Source: a virus | Reading direction: 5' to 3' (one strand) | DNA: 64,000 nucleotides | Virus record (IMG/VR): IMGVR_UViG_3300035670_000130 | Span: 1 to 64,000 of that record | Part shown: positions 59,240 to 64,000 of the stretch, piece after piece | How the letters are laid out: the number at the start of each line of letters is the position of its first letter | How positions within the stretch are numbered: the first letter of the stretch is position 1 | Notes under the pieces: generated by a model | Told to the model about the DNA's origin: nothing | The model's input: the letters and a program-made list of their open reading frames with translations, nothing else | Databases searched by the model: none | Translations under genes and position numbers: made by a program

Positions 59240-62200
59240 CTAAACTAACGCTTTCTCGGCACTGATTTTGCGTTGCCGTTCGATCTGCTTAGCTGACAAT
59301 CCAATGTCATTCGGGTCTTTGACTTGGATTGTTGTTTTGTTGTTGATAAACACGTTGCTTCCCCCGCTGGTATTTGTATTTGCCCAATTGACGTTTTTGC
59401 TATTATCCACAAAGCCACCGCCAGCAAAATTCTTGATTTTAACGTCTTGGCTCTTGATGCTTTGCCATGACTTGTACTGAAGATATTGAGTTGCTTCATT
59501 GGCAGGAATAACGTATTCGTCTTTGTTAAGGACAGCGAGAATAGGTTCTCGACCAGATTGCATCCGCTCTTTTTGCATGGCCTCCTGGACAGAGCCACCT
59601 TTTGCGAATCCAAATAATCCTAATGCGGCCCGTCCAATATCGCCAATCCAGTTGTTGGGGATGAAGCTTTTAGCTATCCCACCAGCTATGCCCATTAATC
59701 CAGCACCAATTCCACTCAAGGGGTTACTGTCAGCGGCTTTCGAGGCTACACCTCCTACGTGCGACTTTTGATTCCCGGACTGTGTTCCAGTTGCCGCAAG
59801 GGTTGATTTATTTCCTCCAAACAGATCAAAGATGGAGCCTGTTTTGCTAGTAACAGAACCCGATGAAGGGACGTAGCTAACATGGGTTTTTCCTTCTGTC
59901 GTACTGCTTACTATGGTTCCTCCACCGCTAACCCCGCTCTCTCCGAAATTGGTCACAATTTCGTCCAGCATTTCAGTTGCCATGTACAAGCTGTCGGTAA
60001 AGTCGCCAATCACTTTATCGGTAGCGATCTTGCCCTCCAGCATTGGTTCCATTAGTTTTTCGCCAAACGCCTTGAAAAAGTCACTGTCGATAGTAGAAGA
60101 TGCCGCTTCCGCCTGTTCGCCTAGTTCCGACAAGGATTGACTTGCACTTTCGGAAGCCAATCTAAACACATTACTTAAGATACTCGATTCTTGATTACCA
60201 CCAAATACAGAGGACTGATCAAAAGACCAATTTTGGTTCAGCGTTTTACCGTTAAACACCGCACCACTGCCAGTCAATTGTTTTTGGAAAGACTCTTGGA
60301 TTTTCTGGATAGAAGATTGGGTGACTCTTTCAAACCTATTGTCTGAACTGTATTCGCTGGTAGCAGGGGCTACCTCAATAACCCGTTGAATATCATCCCA
60401 GGCAGGAGAATCAATCAGTACCTGCATTACGCCACTTGATTGCATCAGTTGGCTTTCTGTCGCAGGAGACTGAAGCATATTTTGAAAGACAGAAGGAGTC
60501 TGCGTAGACTGTTGAACTTGCTTAATTGCCTCCATCATCCGTGTGACAACGACCTCTTTCTTCTCGCCCAGGTCATAGGTCGGAACCACCTGCATAGCTG
60601 ACTGACTATTGTCCCACGGGGTTAACTGAACGGTAGAGGACTCAGTGGTAAGCAATTGCAGTAGTTTGCTTTCGGCAGTTCTATCTTGTACAAGTTGAGA
60701 CTGAGTGATTCGGCTTTGTTCCTTCTCTACCGTCATGCTGGTAGACTGAGTAGGCACCAGCGGGGTGGATTGTGCAGACTTTCTGGCTGTATCTTCTAAT
60801 AATCGCTGGAATATGATCTCTTTTCCAGGACGACTAGACTCGATGTCACTCTCGACTGGGGCTACTTGAATCGCCGACTGAACATCATCCCAAGAAAAGC
60901 GATTCAGTCCATCCATCATCTCTGAATATTTTTGGATCAACTGGCTTTCCGGGGTGCGATCTTGAAGCAATCCGCTTTCCTCTTGTTCTACCAAGATGGT
61001 TTCCAGTGCCTCAAGCACCTGTCTCGTTTCCGAAGACATTATGCTCTCACGTTTGGAGTCAACCACCCGTTGAGCTTCTTCCCACATCATGCGTTCAACG
61101 GATGAGCTAACCGCAGAATATTTCTCAAGTAGTCTGCTTTCCGGTGCCTGCGCTACTGGGTTGTTGAGATAGATGCTTCCTGCTGATGCTTGAATGGATT
61201 CCTGGGCAACGGGGAAGTTTAGCTTGTTGGGAGAACTGGCGACATTTGGACTACTGGCGTTCGACTGCTGAGCATTAAACAGGAAGCTAAACAGCGCATT
61301 TTCTTTATTGACAGATCCAGACTCCGACTGATCCTGTTGTCGATTTCGCCCGTTACCCTGTGACGGCGGAGGTATATCCTCGTACCATTGCTTGCCTTCC
61401 GTCGGTTGCTCTGCTGGCAACACGGGATCTGGTACCGTTGGGGTTGCTACGGGAGTAGTCTCGGACGGAGTTGCGCTTTGATCTTGCTTGATTATTAATA
61501 CGTTTGGAGGCTGAGACTGGTTAACCGCCCGAGCGTCCGGTACTTCCTCTGCTGGTGCTACCTGAACGGCACCCTGTACATCGTCCAAGGAAGGCTGTTC
61601 TAGTTTTATCTCCGAAACGTTCTTTTCGATCTGCTGGCTTTCTGGAGTGCGCTCTTGGATTACGGTTGCTGGTTGCTCATCTGGTTCGACCTCAACTACC
61701 GGTTCGATGTCATCCAGTCCAAACGCATTGTTTTTCAATGACTCCCCAAACACCATTTCACTGAATAGCTCAACTCGTTCATTGTTGGCTTCCTGATTGA
61801 AGCTGTTTGAGGTGCTACCAAATTGACTTCGTAGTTCCCTAGTAGCTTGTTCGCTCAGTCCTCCAACTTGATTCCCGATTCCACTATTGATATTGACTAC
61901 CCCAGCGGCGACCTCCATCGAACCAACCTGAGATGGTAGCATTCCCTGGCTAGTCTGGATTGGCTGATACTGAGGGCCGTCAAGCCCGAGGATAGGAGCA
62001 ATAGCTTGAGCAATGAAATTCTGAAGCGGCTTTATTGTCAGTTGCTCCAAGATTACCCCTAGCACCATATTGCCAAGCTTCTTGAACGCATCTCCAATAC
62101 TGGTGGTATTGAGGATTACGTCTCGTAACTCAGAACTGAATGCCGCTAAAAACGGAGTCGCCTCGACAAAAGCCCGTTTGATGTTGAGCTTGTTGGCTTC

Positions 62201-64000
62201 TTCCTGCATTCTCCGAAGCTCGTCTGCCTTGTCGGTAGGAACCGCACTCTCCCGAAGGGACTCTTCCAGTGCTTTTGTAGCCTCATCCGCATCCATCCTT
62301 GCCTTGATTATTGGAGCCGGGTTAATTAATACTCCAAAGCCAAGACTGTTCGTCGGACTTACGTCGTAGCGTGTTTGGTAATAGGATGCAGACTTCTCCG
62401 CAAACAGCTTTTGGGCGGCTAGTACCTTGGACTGTCTTTCTAGCTCAATAGTGCTAGCCTTGGTGCTATTTCTCTCCGCATCTTGAGCATTTGCTATTCC
62501 AGCAAGAGAGCTTCTGTATTTTTCTGTTACCCCAGTAACAGTCTTAATCAGTTCAATTCTTTCCCTGATTGCTTCTTTCTGCTCTGTCGTCAGATCCTCT
62601 TTCTGTAACTCTTCTTCCGCCAACCGAAGTCCTTCGGAAAGCTGCGCTAATTGTCTTCCGAGATCCTGGTCTTGATTAAACGCAGACATCAGCAGGTCAT
62701 CGAATGTTTTTTCCACCTGCATTCCGACCAAGTTTATCGACTCCATCGCCGTCCGGTAACCTTTGGCATCAGCGGTCATCTCGGTGTATTTCAGCGAAGC
62801 ATTGTGTACTTCTTGGTACAGCCTATTGTTCTGATCAGCCAAGTCATAGGTGACTCTGGATAGCTCGTTCAGCGTCTTCTTGTATTCAAGACTGGAGCTT
62901 GCGAATATCGACTCCCGTTTTGCTTCGAGTGCCTGCTTCTGGGTCTCGAACACCTGATGCGCTGTTCCTTCTATTCTCCTTGGGTCTTTAATCTGTATAG
63001 GGGCTGGATCCGTAACAAAGCCAGAAATACTATCTGGAGAGATTGCTTCCCTTGGCTTAATGTAATTTTCCTTGACTAACTCAGAGGTACTTGTGATGGG
63101 ATTAATCCCGTTAATCAGCAAGTCCTGGGTGATTGGTGCCCTGTATCCAGCCTGGTTAACGTAATCAGGGATATATCCCTCGGTGGCGGTTGCTTTTTGG
63201 GGTTGCGATTGCTGCGCCGGTTTGGATACAGAGGGAGGTGCCTGGGCTACGGTAGCCGACGACTGTTGGACTGGCTGGGACGACTGTTGGACTGGCTGAG
63301 ACGACTGTTGGGCTGGTTGGGGGATGACAGCACCAGGAACCTGGAATCCACGTTCGGCGGCAAATTTATTAAATTCTTGCTGAATATTATCAATGCTGCT
63401 ATTAGCATACTCGTTGTTAGCCAACCTGTTCCCTATATCGACCGTTAGCCCGGTAATACCACGACTCGTAAATGAGTCACGATCATTCTCAACAAACAAC
63501 CAGGCTAGCTCACGAATATTTTTTACCTTCGCTATCTCTTCATCTGCTGTTTTGTTATTTAGGGCATTGCCAAGTCTGGTCACGTTATCAAACAGCCATC
63601 TAGTTCCCATTTGAGCAGTATGTCCAAGCTTTATACTCTCTGGGATGCCAAAGTTCAAGCTCATCGGTACGCCATTTTGTTGCTCATAAACTCGACGGTT
63701 TATAGCTGGCATGTCTTTATTGATGCTGAATTTGTCCCGACCGAAAATATGATCCTTGATCTGGGTATGCTCACCTCTCCAAACACTGTCTTCTCTTCCG
63801 AGTTCCTTCCTGCGGAAGTTTGTTGAGTTGACAGCAATTTCATTTATGCCGAGTTGCTTCGCTAATTCGAGTTGACCTCCGTAGAGGATTTTCACTGCGT
63901 AGTCAAAGGCTTTCGCTGAATCCTCTAGGACTTTAGGACTGTATTGATTATAAAAACGTCCGTCCTTCAGCGGCGAAAACTCGTATCCGCCTTTAGCATT
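59240..64000 (-). CDS. Tape measure protein (5' end lies beyond the window)
   Basis: The track ORF has 1551 aa from GTG 63895, but the frame stays open to nt 64000 (...NAKGGYEFSPLKDGRFYNQYSPKVLEDSAKAFDYAV-KILYGG). It is coiled-coil and repeat-rich. The C-terminus has a Gly/hydrophobic segment (GIGAGLMGIAGGIAKSF) and a PILAVLNKDEYVIPA motif, both typical of TMPs. Confidence 0.7.
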   Translation of the reverse strand, partial: NAKGGYEFSPLKDGRFYNQYSPKVLEDSAKAFDYAVKILYGGQLELAKQLGINEIAVNSTNFRRKELGREDSVWRGEHTQIKDHIFGRDKFSINKDMPAINRRVYEQQNGVPMSLNFGIPESIKLGHTAQMGTRWLFDNVTRLGNALNNKTADEEIAKVKNIRELAWLFVENDRDSFTSRGITGLTVDIGNRLANNEYANSSIDNIQQEFNKFAAERGFQVPGAVIPQPAQQSSQPVQQSSQPVQQSSATVAQAPPSVSKPAQQSQPQKATATEGYIPDYVNQAGYRAPITQDLLINGINPITSTSELVKENYIKPREAISPDSISGFVTDPAPIQIKDPRRIEGTAHQVFETQKQALEAKRESIFASSSLEYKKTLNELSRVTYDLADQNNRLYQEVHNASLKYTEMTADAKGYRTAMESINLVGMQVEKTFDDLLMSAFNQDQDLGRQLAQLSEGLRLAEEELQKEDLTTEQKEAIRERIELIKTVTGVTEKYRSSLAGIANAQDAERNSTKASTIELERQSKVLAAQKLFAEKSASYYQTRYDVSPTNSLGFGVLINPAPIIKARMDADEATKALEESLRESAVPTDKADELRRMQEEANKLNIKRAFVEATPFLAAFSSELRDVILNTTSIGDAFKKLGNMVLGVILEQLTIKPLQNFIAQAIAPILGLDGPQYQPIQTSQGMLPSQVGSMEVAAGVVNINSGIGNQVGGLSEQATRELRSQFGSTSNSFNQEANNERVELFSEMVFGESLKNNAFGLDDIEPVVEVEPDEQPATVIQERTPESQQIEKNVSEIKLEQPSLDDVQGAVQVAPAEEVPDARAVNQSQPPNVLIIKQDQSATPSETTPVATPTVPDPVLPAEQPTEGKQWYEDIPPPSQGNGRNRQQDQSESGSVNKENALFSFLFNAQQSNASSPNVASSPNKLNFPVAQESIQASAGSIYLNNPVAQAPESRLLEKYSAVSSSVERMMWEEAQRVVDSKRESIMSSETRQVLEALETILVEQEESGLLQDRTPESQLIQKYSEMMDGLNRFSWDDVQSAIQVAPVESDIESSRPGKEIIFQRLLEDTARKSAQSTPLVPTQSTSMTVEKEQSRITQSQLVQDRTAESKLLQLLTTESSTVQLTPWDNSQSAMQVVPTYDLGEKKEVVVTRMMEAIKQVQQSTQTPSVFQNMLQSPATESQLMQSSGVMQVLIDSPAWDDIQRVIEVAPATSEYSSDNRFERVTQSSIQKIQESFQKQLTGSGAVFNGKTLNQNWSFDQSSVFGGNQESSILSNVFRLASESASQSLSELGEQAEAASSTIDSDFFKAFGEKLMEPMLEGKIATDKVIGDFTDSLYMATEMLDEIVTNFGESGVSGGGTIVSSTTEGKTHVSYVPSSGSVTSKTGSIFDLFGGNKSTLAATGTQSGNQKSHVGGVASKAADSNPLSGIGAGLMGIAGGIAKSFIPNNWIGDIGRAALGLFGFAKGGSVQEAMQKERMQSGREPILAVLNKDEYVIPANEATQYLQYKSWQSIKSQDVKIKNFAGGGFVDNSKNVNWANTNTSGGSNVFINNKTTIQVKDPNDIGLSAKQIERQRKISAEKALV
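63260..63322 (-). repeat. 21-bp tandem repeat x3 inside the TMP gene (encodes QPVQQSS repeats)
   Basis: cgactgttggactggctggga, cgactgttggactggctgaga and cgactgttgggctggttgggg. Confidence 0.9.

Noticed and set aside
1-64000. HIP1 (GCGATCGC) enrichment as a cyanobacterial host marker
   Set aside because: I looked for the octamer while reading and did not notice any copy, let alone enrichment. The over-represented word here is ACCAGCGG instead. An exact count needs a computation.
1-64000. Window as a chromosomal island or prophage embedded in host DNA
   Set aside because: No host housekeeping genes appear, and there is no complete tRNA at a boundary. Phage modules run to both window edges, with partial virion genes at nt 1 and nt 64000. 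This fits a (circularly permuted) phage genome or an excised form.

Overview
The window reads as a near-complete genome of a temperate siphovirus-like phage. No host housekeeping genes are visible. All family calls come from motifs read by eye in the supplied translations; no database search was run. The host is unknown, although the repeat style, Csx3 and TnpB relatives are reminiscent of cyanobacteria, which is inference only.

Modules:
- 1-18.3 kb, mostly minus strand: tail-tip and head genes. These are tandem receptor-binding-like paralogs, two tube-like paralogs, a 1393-aa J/GTA-g15-like host-specificity protein, an NlpC/P60 peptidase, capsid, protease and a Mu-F-like protein.
- 18.3-24.3 kb: nuclease, lysis cassette, a Csx3 / T5orf172 / KilA-N accessory cluster, and portal.
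- 24.3-30.5 kb: thyX, an intein-containing terL, phoH and nrdB.
- 30.47-33.2 kb: a 7-repeat CRISPR array next to a RuvC-intact TnpB/Cas12-family nuclease, plus a divergent RHH operon.
- 33-57 kb: early, replication and lysogeny genes. These include two methyltransferases, a RecT-like protein, dcd, integrase with a tRNA-fragment attP and a CI-like repressor, ssb, a primase-helicase, and an SF2 helicase with an inserted J-domain.
- 57.4-64 kb: GTA g12/g13-like distal-tail genes converging on a tape-measure gene of more than 1551 aa.

Main candidates for novelty:
- The phage-borne miniature type V-like CRISPR locus, with anti-repeat-like and repeat-like copies inside the 3' end of the nuclease ORF.
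- A stand-alone Csx3/Crn3 ring-nuclease homolog, a possible anti-type-III factor.
- A candidate class-3 intein in the terminase P-loop.
- A highly over-represented ACCAGCGGG motif.
- Two paralogous long non-coding elements.
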